Shown in pieces: positions 1-11,971 of a stretch of 64,000 nt of DNA. Position 1 is the first letter of the stretch. Every line of letters begins with the position of its first letter. The translations under genes and the position numbers were made by a program. Source of the stretch: Albugo candida (lineage: Eukaryota); the NCBI GenBank assembly GCA_040437565.1, contig JBDOQK010000026.1, forward strand, positions 248,001-312,000, in the 5' to 3' direction. Below the pieces are notes generated by a model. The model saw nothing but the letters and a program-made list of their open reading frames with translations, was not told the DNA's origin and did no database searches.

Positions 1-139
1 ACCGTTAAGGAAGGTACATATGCTATAAACCAATGATAGCACAGCTTGCAGACTTTGAAGCACATTTGATATTATCCAATCAAAGCTCCGTCGTGTATGC
101 GTAAAGCGAAAAGTATCATTCCGCAAGACTTTCAACCGA

Positions 140-2024
140 ATGCTGGGGATACAAGTAGGTCAATGCGGCAACCAAATTGGCAATGCTTTATACGACGAGC
201 TGAGCATCCGAAACGCTCTTAGTTCCACCGATCCGAACAATACATCGCGCATGAGCGAATCAGCTTTTTTCAGAGCCGACAAAGAGCGATACATAGCGCG
301 CGCTCTGCTGATTGATATGGAGCCAAAAGTGGTTTTGCAGTGTCTCTCACAGAAGGTTGGGCAGTGTTGGCGCTACGACTCACACAACGCGCTCTATCAG
401 CAAAGCGGATCCGGGAACAATTGGGCACACGGTTACTTTGAACATGGACATAAAATAGAGGCNNNNNNNNNNNNNNNNNNNNNNNNNNNNNNNNNNNNNN
501 NNNNNNNNNNNNNNNNNNNNNNNNNNNNNNNNNNNNNNNNNNNNNNNNNNNNNNNNNNNNNNGTTTCAAGAATGTTTGCGAAAGGTTGGCCAACTTCCTT
601 ATGATTCGCCTATTCATAAATTGTCGATAAGTAGGAAGCAGAGCAATGTGATCGTCTACAGGGATTTTTGACTTTGCAGAGTGCAGCTGGCGGAACTGGT
701 TCAGGACTGGGCTCTTTTTTGACCCAAAGCATCGTCGATGATTTCTCGAAAAAAAGTATTTTAAGTACTGTTATTTGGCCGTATACTTCTGGAGAGGTCG
801 TAGTTCAGAATTATAATACATTACTGACGATCTCCAGTCTCGCGCAATTGGTTGATGGAATTCTCGTTATGGAGAATGACACCGCTCATGCCATTTGTCG
901 GAAGCTTTTGCGCCGACAGAGGCCTTCATTGCGCGATCTAAATCAGCTTGTAGCTAATCAACTCGCTTCTGCACTGCTTCCAACTACATCATCACACCAT
1001 TCGGTAATCACCGACATTTTCGGGCATCTTTGCACACATCCTGTAAGTCCAGCGATTGTTTTTGTCTTATCAAAGCTGCTTACATTTCTGAGTAGGCGTA
1101 CAAGCTGCTTCACCTGAGCTCGGCACCTCACGTAGCTCAGGAATCTAAAGCTTTCAGTACGCACACGTGGGACGGATTGCTTCGAGATTTGTTCCAGGCA
1201 AGGCTGTCATTAAACAAAATAATCACTAACGCGTTTTTGATGCAGATGCATTACAAAAAAAGGACCGAAGAACCACCCCACATGACACATCCTATCATAG
1301 CGAGTTTGCTCTTTTTAAGAGGCAAAGACACTGGTACAGTCGATATAAGCAGCTTTGCCGATCCGCAATTGTGAGTAGTTGTGCCTTTGATTGCCAAGTG
1401 TATGATCCAAGTACGACAACAGATTCCCGAGCTGGAGAAGGCGTCCACTGCGAGCATTGACGGAAGTGACTTCAGCAGATGACAAAATGGCGACAATTTT
1501 GAGGTGAAGATTCGAGCATCTTCAAACAAATGCTACTGACAAGTATATCCTAGTAATTCCGGGAGTCTGATTCCCATTTTGGAATCGACATTGACCAAAG
1601 CATACGACATGTTTGATCATCAGGCTTATGTGCACCAATATCGGCGATCAGGAATGGATCCAGCGTTCTTTCGGGACAGCTTTCTGCATTGTGAGCAGAT
1701 TGTACACAGCTATAAAACGCTGTAATGATGTCGAGTCTCATCTTCTGCGTTGCTGCTTTGGGCTNNNNNNNNNNNNNNNNNNNNNNNNNNNNNNNNNNNN
1801 NNNNNNNNNNNNNNNNNNNNNNNNNNNNNNNNNNNNNNNNNNNNNNNNNNNNNNNNNNNNNNNNTCTGATTCCCATTTTGGAATCGACATTGACCAAAGC
1901 ATACGACATGTTTGATCATCAGGCTTATGTGCACCAATATCGGCGATCAGGAATGGATCCAGCGTTCTTTCGGGACAGCTTTCTGCATTGTGAGCAGATT
2001 GTACACAGCTATAAAACGCTGTAA
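140..2024 (+). CDS. TUBD1: Delta-tubulin (multi-exon; interrupted by two N-gaps; last exon duplicated, with stop at 1725 in the first copy and 2024 in the second)
   Basis: QVGQCGNQIG, ARALLIDMEPKVV, SGSGNNWAHGY, tubulin signature GGTGSG, WPYTSGEVVVQNYNTLLT and C-terminal KAYDMFDHQAYVHQY. DMEPKV and the short non-acidic C-terminus fit the delta class. Confidence 0.88.
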
Positions 2025-2036
2025 TGATGTCGAGTC

Positions 2037-3773
2037 TCATCTTCTGCGTTGCTGCTTTGGGCTTCGAGAGCGTCCTTCAGCACGTTTGTAGTGACTACCC
2101 GGATTAAAGCGTTCTCTGTCGTTTCTTCCACAGCTTCGATCTCGACGTGAAGCTGATGGTGCACCTGTTGTAACCAACGGAATTCCTTTTTCAGACGCGT
2201 TCCGATTTTTGCGATCTCTTCGAGCTGAGTCACCTCTCGATCCAGAATTAGCCTGTGCACGATTCCGCGAAGTCGAACGAACTCGATTGCTTTCCACGGC
2301 AACGGTGTTTTGATGCTCCGAGGTAGCATTATTTGTGTCAACCGTTGGGACTTCCAGCTCTTTACGTGGTTTCCATGGTAGTTGATCATCAGAAACCGGC
2401 TCAACTGTCTGCGTCCGAAACGAAATGGGCTCTCTTCCAGGCTCATCGAATGCCCAATCGCGGGGTGCTGGCTCCTAAACAATCTCAATTACGTCCACTT
2501 ATCACGTCATAATCAGTCATGAGGCTCTTACAATGTTTTTGAAGTAACTATGTTGTAAAGCTTGCTTGGCAGTGATTCTTACTTCCGGGTCTGACAGCCA
2601 AAGTTATTTTTCTGATCATGAACGAATTGATTGATCAAACCGTATTCCAGCAGCCTCGAGAGCAAGTCGTATAGCGCCAACCCGCTCGGACCTCCTCCAA
2701 ACTTCACAGCATTTCGAAGATCGCTAGAAGATGGATATTTTCGCTCACGAGCCATTTGCAGCATGTTTGGATATTCTGACAGGTGTTCTAATCCTTCCCA
2801 ACTTTGAGAGGTCGGCATGCCTAAAACCCGAAAAATCTTATCGCATTGATCCTTTTGAAAGGGCACATTTGAGCCTTCGACTTCCTTGCCGCAAAAAAGC
2901 TCTCGGGCATTGATAATCTAAGATGAAATTGCTTTCATTAGAATCCAAGTGTCAAATTGCATATATGTTTACCTCGCCAAAAATACATCCTACCGCCCAC
3001 ATATCTACTGCTTTAGTGTAATGTTTTGCGCCTAGAAGGAGTTCTGGTGCTCGATACCACAAAGTCACAACAACTCTTTCAACTTCCGTCAATGCTTTAA
3101 TGGGCTCTTTATAAAGCCTTGCAAGCCCAAAATCAGCCAATTTGACTTGACCACGCTTCTTACCATGACCAACAACAAGAATATTTTGAGGTTTCATGTC
3201 CCGGTGCATGACCCAGGCATCGTGCATGTAGTCGACCCCTTTCAAAATCTGATACATGATTGATTTTCTGGTATATTCTGACATTGGCTTGCTCGTTTGC
3301 TGCTTGCTTTGCACGATGATGTTGTGTAGATCATGATCAGCGTATTCAAAAACAAGTGCCAAAGCTTTTTCCGTTGGATCCACATAAACATCATGAAGGT
3401 AGACTATATTCTCATGCTGTAATTCTCGAAGCAATTTGATCTCACGAATCGTAGCGCTGGATAGAACGACATCATTCTTCCCCTCCTTATGCGATTTCAC
3501 CACTTTGATAGCAAACGTTGACTTTTCTGCCTCAACTGCGAAGTTGCAAGAGAAGGGAGGGGCAGGAGAAGAGGATAGTGGATGTGTAGAGGGAGAGCGA
3601 TTTAATTCATTGTCCTTCCGAGTATAATCACTTGGATTTGAAGGTATAGAGCCAAATGCACAGCCATACGCTTCGGCTTTGAAAACAGTACCATACGTTC
3701 CTTCTCCTATCTTTCCAAGAATCCGATATCGATCCGTGAGACTGTCGGGACGAGGTAAAGCAGATCGCCGCAT
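2037..3773 (-). CDS. CDK8: Cyclin-dependent kinase 8 / CDKE-like Mediator kinase, 4 exons, with an Arg/Ser-rich C-terminal tail
   Basis: IGEGTYG, SATIREIKLLREL, HRDMKPQNIL, RGQVKLADFGLAR, VVVTLWYRAPELLLGAKHYTKAVDMWAVGCIF, PFQKDQ. Removing intron 2918-2972 and two further short introns gives LLEYDPEVRITAKQALQHSYF, which continues into the frame of ORF 2037-2297. Confidence 0.92.
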
Positions 3774-4086
3774 GCGAGAGCAATTGAGATGGATTGTTCA
3801 AATTGAGAGCAGAGGAAGTGGATTGGATGAAAAGCGGGTCAATAATTTTTTCATACGTGATCGACATAGTGCACAGCAAGCGTGTATGAGCTAGTCTGAT
3901 CACATGGCTGATATGGATGAATATCGTCACTACTGTATTGCTGGACATGTAAGTACGAGCGATGGCAATATCTACTTCTTTGAAATTCCCCAAAAACACT
4001 TATCTCAAAGAGTATAACGTGAGTCAGATTTTCGTAAACGGTCACTTCGGAATACAACATTCTACCTGCAGTACGTATGTCTATTA

Positions 4087-6660
4087 TGTTCGATTAAGTT
4101 CCTGCAAAAAAAGATATTGGAGATCAGATCAGGTAAGACGTAGCAGGCAAGTGGGAGATACAATATAAATTCAGTGGTTAGAGGGCCCTAAACAGCGGAT
4201 ACGATCCGCGTACTAGTATGAGATACTATTTCCTTGATATTGTCCTTACGCTTAGGACTGTTAAGACGTAGGGACATCACTTAACACTTCTCACCGTCCA
4301 TTATACCACAACGTGGTGTAAAACAAGGCGAATCTCTCAGCATTATATAACACGCAACCATGAAGAACCGTGCGATTCGGATTACTGACACCGCTGTTGC
4401 AACTGAGCTTTTTGCAGACAATTCGACACTGCACTCGGAAACGCCAGACAATTTCTGAGTCAATCTAAACTCGTCCAGGTCCACTGCAACGTAATCAGAA
4501 GCAATTCGAAGCGAGACTCAGCTTGATACAATATATTTGCGCTCGATGATTTGGACAATTCCGTGTTCTCGCATTCTCAGTGTGAGCATATTGGGTACAG
4601 AGACTTCGGTCAAGTATCTGGGTCTTCCATCAAGTCAGCTACCGATCCATTATATGGTACCCCAACTCTCGGTCATTAGTTTTCAACATGGGCATGGTGT
4701 ATGATTTCAACGTACGAGCATTGTCCGCGTTCGACTATTGGTTATACATTCGACATTGTTATCAGGCCAGTGGCATTACACCAAGCGCCTGAACATACCA
4801 GCAAATACAATTCGACAATAACAATTGATGCCGAATTCACTTGACCAGCAAAGAGATTTGTCTTGTTGTCGACAAAGTGGTGGAGTACAATATACTTTTT
4901 TGATCAGGCTACAAAGAGTAACATTTATCGCATTTGTTCTTCCAGGTATTTGCATCCGGTGGCGACAATTATCTCGACGCAATAGCTGACCACTTTGACG
5001 GAATTGATATTGCTCGCCCATTCCTTTGTGTATCACATAAGCCGATAGAGGCAACGCTCAACCATTCCACCACATTGATATGAGGAATTGATTCTAGGAT
5101 AAAGTACATACTTCCAGGTTGATCGGAGCGATACACATCGTTCTACTTTCGACAGCCTGACTATGAGAGCACCCGTCTACTTACGGGAATGGGGTACCAT
5201 CCAACATTGAGTTGCACGCTGGAGTGTTTTGCATTGCTTGTTCTCCCATCTCATATGCTCTTCTTTTCTCCCGCTCCTTCTATAATCGCCATCACTGACT
5301 AGCACATCTTCTCCATTAAATGTCCATCCACTGGCAACGACATCAAATTATGCTCATCATTGACAAATCACTCCCAGGTTTTTCCATACTCCATTGAACT
5401 CTACGAACTGTAGTATTATTCTTCAACTTACCCACAAAGGTGTATTTCCCACGATTTCTATCTTCATTCGATTTTACTGACAGAAAATCTTTGAAAAGCG
5501 CATTTAATGAACCCACTAATGCCGTGCGGCAATCAGATCCAGAAGCCAAAATGCGTTCAAATTAGCAATTTCATCCGCTGCGGTCTTGAATCTTTCCACT
5601 ACGTCCACGTATAGCCGCCTTTTTTGCTTTTGTACTGCCATTAATAATTTTTCCTGTCTGCCATTTTCACTGTTTCAGCATTCTTCTGCTTCTCCTCCAG
5701 CATAAAGTTCCGCACTGCCACACTTCAAACTCCTAAAACGCGCTTTTGCGCTTGAACTTGCATGAATCGTACATTCTTTTTTTAGTTGGCGAAAAGTGCT
5801 TTGAGCTTTGCCCAGGATTTTCTCGAGAAGTTTGTCCGCTGTCCCCGGCTGTCTCAATATCTTTCGAATCAAAATTTCAAAGCATAATTTTCTTGACCGT
5901 CTCAGATTCCCACTCTATTGATTTTTTCAAATAGATCTTATTGCAGTGCTGCTCTTTTACTCTTTTACTCACCAAACATCTAGAATTATAGGCATCCCCG
6001 CAGCACGTAGACATGAGGTTCTGGCACTTTCGTAACTTGAACAGCGAGTCATGTAAAGAAACTCGGGCTTGAAGCTAGACTGTCTCGTTCCAGTCATCAC
6101 GTNNNNNNNNNNNNNNNNNNNNNNNNNNNNNNNNNNNNNNNNNNNNNNNNNNNNNNNNNNNNNNNNNNNNNNNNNNNNNNNNNNNNNNNNNNNNNNNNNN
6201 NNCAGGATTTTCTAGAGAAATTTGTCCGCTGTCCCCGGCTGTCTCAATATCTTTCGAATCAAAATTCCAAAGCATAATTTTCTTGATCGTCTCAGATTCC
6301 CACTCTATTGATTTCTTCAAATAGATCTTATTGCAGTGCTGCTCTTTTACTCTTTTACTCACCAAACATCTAGAATCATAGGCACCCCCTCACCATCAAG
6401 CACGTAGACATGAGGTTCTGGCACTTTCGTAACTTGAACAGCGAGTCATGTAAAGAAACTCGGGCTTGAAGCTAGACTGTCTCGTTCCAGTCATCACGTA
6501 TGGATCTTGTCCCTCTTCTCTTGTATTTTTAAACCTGTGAAGACTGACAATTTTCCTCTTTACAATAGTAACCAATAGTCGCAAACGGTCTTGTCCCGAT
6601 TTCAATTCTCTGACAAGAGTCTCTTCTGCAGCCTTCCATCTAGCTTTCTCTTGCTTCGTA
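4087..6660 (-). mobile_element. Highly decayed Ty1/copia LTR retrotransposon relic
   Basis: Minus-strand remnants: Zn-knuckle-like LKCGSAE, protease-like FWLLD..AARH and integrase-like QCGGMVER. A purine-rich tract (4287-4299) lies next to a ~200 bp TGTT...AACA candidate LTR (4087-4286). Many stops and frameshifts. Confidence 0.45.
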
Positions 6661-6770
6661 CATTATTTCCCTTTCAAGGATCACACTTATAGCCAATCAA
6701 GATCCTTTGTATATATTTACAACCAGTCACAACTACAATTCAAGCTGACAGTACATGTTGATCAGACTCG

Positions 6771-9700
6771 ATGCAGAGTAACTTCGATGAGCAAAGTGGC
6801 GATATATCGCTGCCACTATCAAAGAAACCGAAGAAAACAAAACTATTTGGGGCTTACAGAATCAAATCAAAAATATCAACGTTGCAATCAGATACTTCAA
6901 TTCAATTAACGGACAAAAAATTGACGGAGCATGTTACACCAGACTTCCTCCGAGTTCGAGAGGAACAAAGCAAACAGTAAACTAAATTATTGCGTGTACA
7001 GCAAGACTTTGATTTACATTTCTGAATACGAAGCTTCTCATGTAATTTGAAGATCAAGAAAGAAGCACGTAGGGGTACAGGGAAAGTTATACAGCCAGGC
7101 CAGGCAATCGTGAATGAAGGCAAGGATCTACAGGTAAATGTAAAGACTTAACAATATGCATTTTTTCAATAAGATTTTCAGAGTGCAAGAAAAGATCAGA
7201 AACAGGGTGACTACAGCAGATTAGGAGTTGATGATCAATTATCAGTTAGGAAGTATTCAAACGTCTCTGCTTTGGAGAACATTAGTGCTCCGAGTGTACC
7301 AGAAAGTGAAGTACTCCGAAAATATAATACAGAGCGAGGAAAACGAAGAAGTAAACGCACAAGTGATTTGGTGAGACCGGTTGGTCGTCTATGCACGCTC
7401 GGGCCATATTCTCCGGCTCGTCCGGTTTATGATTCGACCGTGTCTTCTCAAGAAAGATGCTGCTCTCAGAACGCACTTGATTCTCTAATTGAAAAGAGGC
7501 CTCATAAGAGGCGCTATACGGATCGATCATCACGTTCTTGGCATATTGGAAGCGCATCTCAGCCAATTCAGCTGGACGTGGACTCTGATTCTAATGTTGA
7601 TCGAGCTGATTTAAATCTATCGATGGATGGTGATGAACCATTTGAAATGGAAGAAGCTACTATATGGCTAGGTGACGTTCAGCTTCAAGTAGGAATATCG
7701 TTTCAAGATACTTCCATGGTTTTACGGAAAATCAAGTAAGAGCGAATGCCCATCTCGTGTCTACTTACCGACTTCTACCTCGATTTTGTTTTCTGGCAAG
7801 TCCATCTCTGAAACACATGCGTATTCCTGACGAACTTACTATCGGTTATGATGAAATTGAACGAGTGCTGTAAGCGAAGAGCTATTATACCGCTCTGGAT
7901 ATTAATTTTTTTGTGCTTGAGCAATAGTCTCAAGGAGGCAAACACGATTTACAAACAATGTATGGTCTGTTTGGAACATCACTCCAATATATTGCCAGAG
8001 CTAACGCAAACTGATACAATTACCGAAGGTTTATCAGCAAATTTAATGTGCATCAGGATGCTGTACCAGTCTAATTCTCTCATGATACTGTATGCTATTC
8101 GCGAACTTTTCAGTCCAAGAGATCCGTATTGTACTATGCTGCGAAGCGAGTGAGAAATTCGTGACAGCTATTTTTTCAGAAAAGTGTGCGTCAAAACTGG
8201 AGAACAACAAAAAGTATGAGAAGATCCAGTCTCATTGAAAACCTGATAGTATATTGCTTTGTTGTAGTAGCTCAAACGAGCTTCGATCAAAAGAGGATAT
8301 TCAAAAGAGCGAGTCTCATGATCTAGCTGGAAACAAAATCAACTACTGGTANNNNNNNNNNNNNNNNNNNNNNNNNNNNNNNNNNNNNNNNNNNNNNNNN
8401 NNNNNNNNNNNNNNNNNNNNNNNNNNNNNNNNNNNNNNNNNNNNNNNNNNNTTCCATGGTTTTACGGAAAATCAAGTAAGAGCGAATGCCCATCTCGTGT
8501 CTACTTACCGACTTCTACCTCGATTTTGTTTTCTGGCAAGTCCATCTCTGAAACACATGCGTATTCCTGACGAACTTACTATCGGTTATGATGAAATTGA
8601 ACGAGTGCTGTAAGCGAAGAGCTATTATACCGCTCTGGATATTAATTTTTTTGTGCTTGAGCAATAGTCTCAAGGAGGCAAACACGATTTACAAACAATG
8701 TATGGTCTGTTTGGAACATCACTCCAATATATTGCCAGAGCTAACGCAAACTGATACAATTACCGAAGGTTTATCAGCAAATTTAATGTGCATCAGGATG
8801 CTGTACCAGTCTAATTCTCTCATGATACTGTATGCTATTCGCGAACTTTTCAGTCCAAGAGATCCGTATTGTACTATGCTGCGAAGCGAGTGAGAAATTC
8901 GTGACAGCTATTTTTTCAGAAAAGTGTGCGTCAAAACTGGAGAACAACAAAAAGTATGAGAAGATCCAGTCTCATTGAAAACCTGATAGTATATTGCTTT
9001 GTTGTAGTAGCTCAAACGAGCTTCGATCAAAAGAGGATATTCAAAAGAGCGAGTCTCATGATCTAGCTGGAAACAAAATCAACTACTGGTAATATTTTCT
9101 AGTCATATGGTTTTCCACTGATGACTCTATTTTGATGATCAAAGCCATCTTTGCAAAGACCAGCTCATGGATAAAATTTTATTCAAATTCCCGTTTCCTC
9201 CATCCAAATCTGACATACTCACGATATCTCGTGGGGATATGGACCGACTGGAACCGGGATGTTATTTAAACGACATCATTATCGACTACTACCTCAGGTT
9301 CCTTGCCAGACCCACTTCTTTATCCAAGGCTAACTGACCTATGCTTTGACCATCAGACGTCTATTACGCAACCAGTATGCTACGAATGCGGCACTTCAAA
9401 ACGCTGTGTTCTTACTTAGTACGCACTTTTACGCAATGCTCCGAGCAAAAACTTCAAGTACATCATCAAAAGAAAAGTACTCCGGCTACGAAAATGTCAA
9501 GACGTGGAACAATCTCAACAAACTGTTCAAGTCCTCTCTCGTGTTTGTACCGATTCATGAAAAGTACGTTATACCCTGCTCAAAATCTTAGATTTATCCC
9601 GGTGTAAACTTAGCTTGCATTGGAGTCTCGCCATCATTGTAAATCCGATTTTGGCTGCGCTCGAATCCAACGTAATAAGTGCATTTTTTTGTGAATTTTG

Positions 9701-10214
9701 GAGTCTCTACGAATCGAAGAATTCTTTATTACGCAGGATGACGGACCGCAGACCTGGATCATTCTATTGGATCCACTCGAGGAGTATCACAAGAAGTCTA
9801 CCATTTTGCAAAATTTGAGAAAGCAAGTACAGATTTTTGAATCTCTGATTCTCTACTAATATGTGTCATTGAAGCTTACTACATTTGGAGTGGGAGCAAT
9901 CAGGGACTCTGGACACACCTTACAACACGGGAAGAGTAAAATTAGCTCATCTGAATGCTCCATTGCAAGACAATTACTACGACTGCGGTGTCTACGTCAT
10001 CAAGTATGCCGAAGTAATCTTGCAGAATACGGTTCATATATTGAAAGACGTAAACGAGCATTCTGACTCGGGTGTCATTTCTAAAAGCCAACTCGAAAAG
10101 TTGATATTCGCTGATGCTTTTTCTCCAAACGATGTCGACGAAATGAGAAGAAAGATTCGAGACGCTATGGCAAGCGATATGCTTGTCTATCGACAGTTGA
10201 TAGAAACAAGATGA
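6771..10214 (+). CDS. Ulp/SENP-family SUMO protease (peptidase C48, SENP6/7-Ulp2-like); multi-exon; 7712-8351 duplicated across a gap
   Basis: DMDRLEPGCYLNDIIIDYYLR (~9236-9298), FLLSTHFYAML, LVFVPIHE-HWSLAII (catalytic His), ILLDP (Asp) and QDNYYDCGVYVIKYAE (Gln/Cys). The 5' exons are low-complexity and their structure is uncertain. Confidence 0.85.
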
Positions 10215-10749
10215 TTGCATAGAAAAAGGTGATCCTGTAAAAAAATCAGAGTGCATTGTGCGTTAAGCGTTAGGATTGCCGGATATATGTATATTTAAAG
10301 ATGCCGCATATCTGTTTTGTCAACGGTCACTTTCGCGAGAAACGAGAGTTCTAGTAGATCGTTCTTATTCGGACTCTTGAAGAACGGAAACAGTATCGAC
10401 TAATCACTGGGCATTGTGATCATAGAGATGAAAGGAGATTGAATAAAATAATAAAGATGCAGTGAGCCAGCATGATCAATGTATTTTTATGTATGAGTAG
10501 TTACAGCAGCCGTAGGTTGGTGCCCTCGTAAGACGTAAGATGACAATAGCATTGGTTCAGTAATAAGTGATCACAATTTTTTCCGTCCCTGAGTTTATTA
10601 CGTCGCTACGTAACCGGACTCTTGATAATCATATGAAATCCTATAACGAAATAGAATCAGTACTGCATGCGCGTGCGTACCCAATCATTTGCGATAGCAT
10701 CGAAGGCTTCACAGATAGTCGGAGCTTCTCTTTCGATTGGCAACATGTA

Positions 10750-11871
10750 TTTTAATTGCCTAGGCGAGCGCGAGTGAGGGAATTAAACACGGTCGTGCTT
10801 ACTGAAGGGAGCCAATTTCCGGGGCGAGGATCCCATCGTTGCTATTAGCGTAGTCTGCTATGATCCTCAACTGAAACAGCAAAACTGTTCTTTCACGTCC
10901 TCTGAATCATTCAGGATTCAAGAAGTTGGTACTCGCCATGTCTTTTTGGCAATATCGCATCAGCTACGAATGCCTGGTCTTGAACCATATAGCCTTATCC
11001 GCCCTCCGATCAGAATGCATCATTAAGTCTCGGCGGTAGTATTAACAACCGTTTGAAATGATTAAGATAGTTCCATGGCTCTAGAACATCTTCACTTCGA
11101 CGGGGTCAGGACAAGGTTGAGAATTTAAAACCCCTATATAAGGAGAATTAGCCGCTCAGGATCGTTTGTGAAACATGAAATTGCGCGCTGTAACGTATCA
11201 AGTATCTTCAAACACGCCTCCAAGTTCGTATTCTCCGATGCTCAGCGGTCCCATTGATTTGTACATTAGACGCTGCTTCTCATCGATAGTTTGAGATCCA
11301 TAAAGCAAATCACAAATAATGATAAGCTGCATTGAGGAACGACTATGGTAGTAATTTCCAAAAATTTTGCTCTTCTTCACACGGATTACCACTATTTTCC
11401 GTAAGCCTCATAAAAAAACCATCTTTTTAAGCTGCTACGGATCGCTAGAGTCAAGACTTTTGGTAATAGATCATTGCCTTGGGACCTCAGAGAAACCAGC
11501 TGTCTTCTCTGTAAGAACGGAAATACCTCTGATCGATCAAGCATGCGACAATTACGTGTGCTAGATTACTACGCGTAGGTTCCTTCTACGATGCCCGACC
11601 ATGAACTACGCAAGCCAATTTTACCATTATGAAGTATGCATCTATCATCGAAAAAGTATGTTCGACACTCGCTTTTGGTCACGAATGACTGTTGGATGTA
11701 CAGTGCACGACACTATAACCAGCAGCTTCTGCCACTCTGCGCTTCCGTTAAGGCTTCTCAGATATATGCACAGCAAAGAGTGTACAACCACTGAAGGAGA
11801 CTTTATTGATCGAGCTACCTTGCAGTGATTTAGGAATTTGGCTTGGACAATTTTTACACGAATCAGTGACT
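10750..11871 (-). mobile_element. Decayed gypsy-like pol relic (RNase H/integrase traces)
   Basis: Minus-strand WSGIVEGTYA resembles the RNase H WSxxEKEAYA motif and QINGTAE resembles the integrase QTNGxxE motif. No intact ORF. Confidence 0.35.
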
Positions 11872-11971
11872 NNNNNNNNNNNNNNNNNNNNNNNNNNNNN
11901 NNNNNNNNNNNNNNNNNNNNNNNNNNNNNNNNNNNNNNNNNNNNNNNNNNNNNNNNNNNNNNNNNNNNNNN

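Noticed and set aside
1567-2062. Duplicated delta-tubulin last exon
   Set aside because: Identical sequence on both sides of an N-gap.
2009-2488. 159-aa minus-strand ORF as a separate gene
   Set aside because: It overlaps the CDK8 last exon in another frame, has a non-ATG start inside an intron and shows no motifs.
7712-9091. Tandem duplication of a 101-aa ORF or of SUMO-protease exons
   Set aside because: Apparently identical copies directly flank a 100-N gap, which indicates an assembly overlap artefact.
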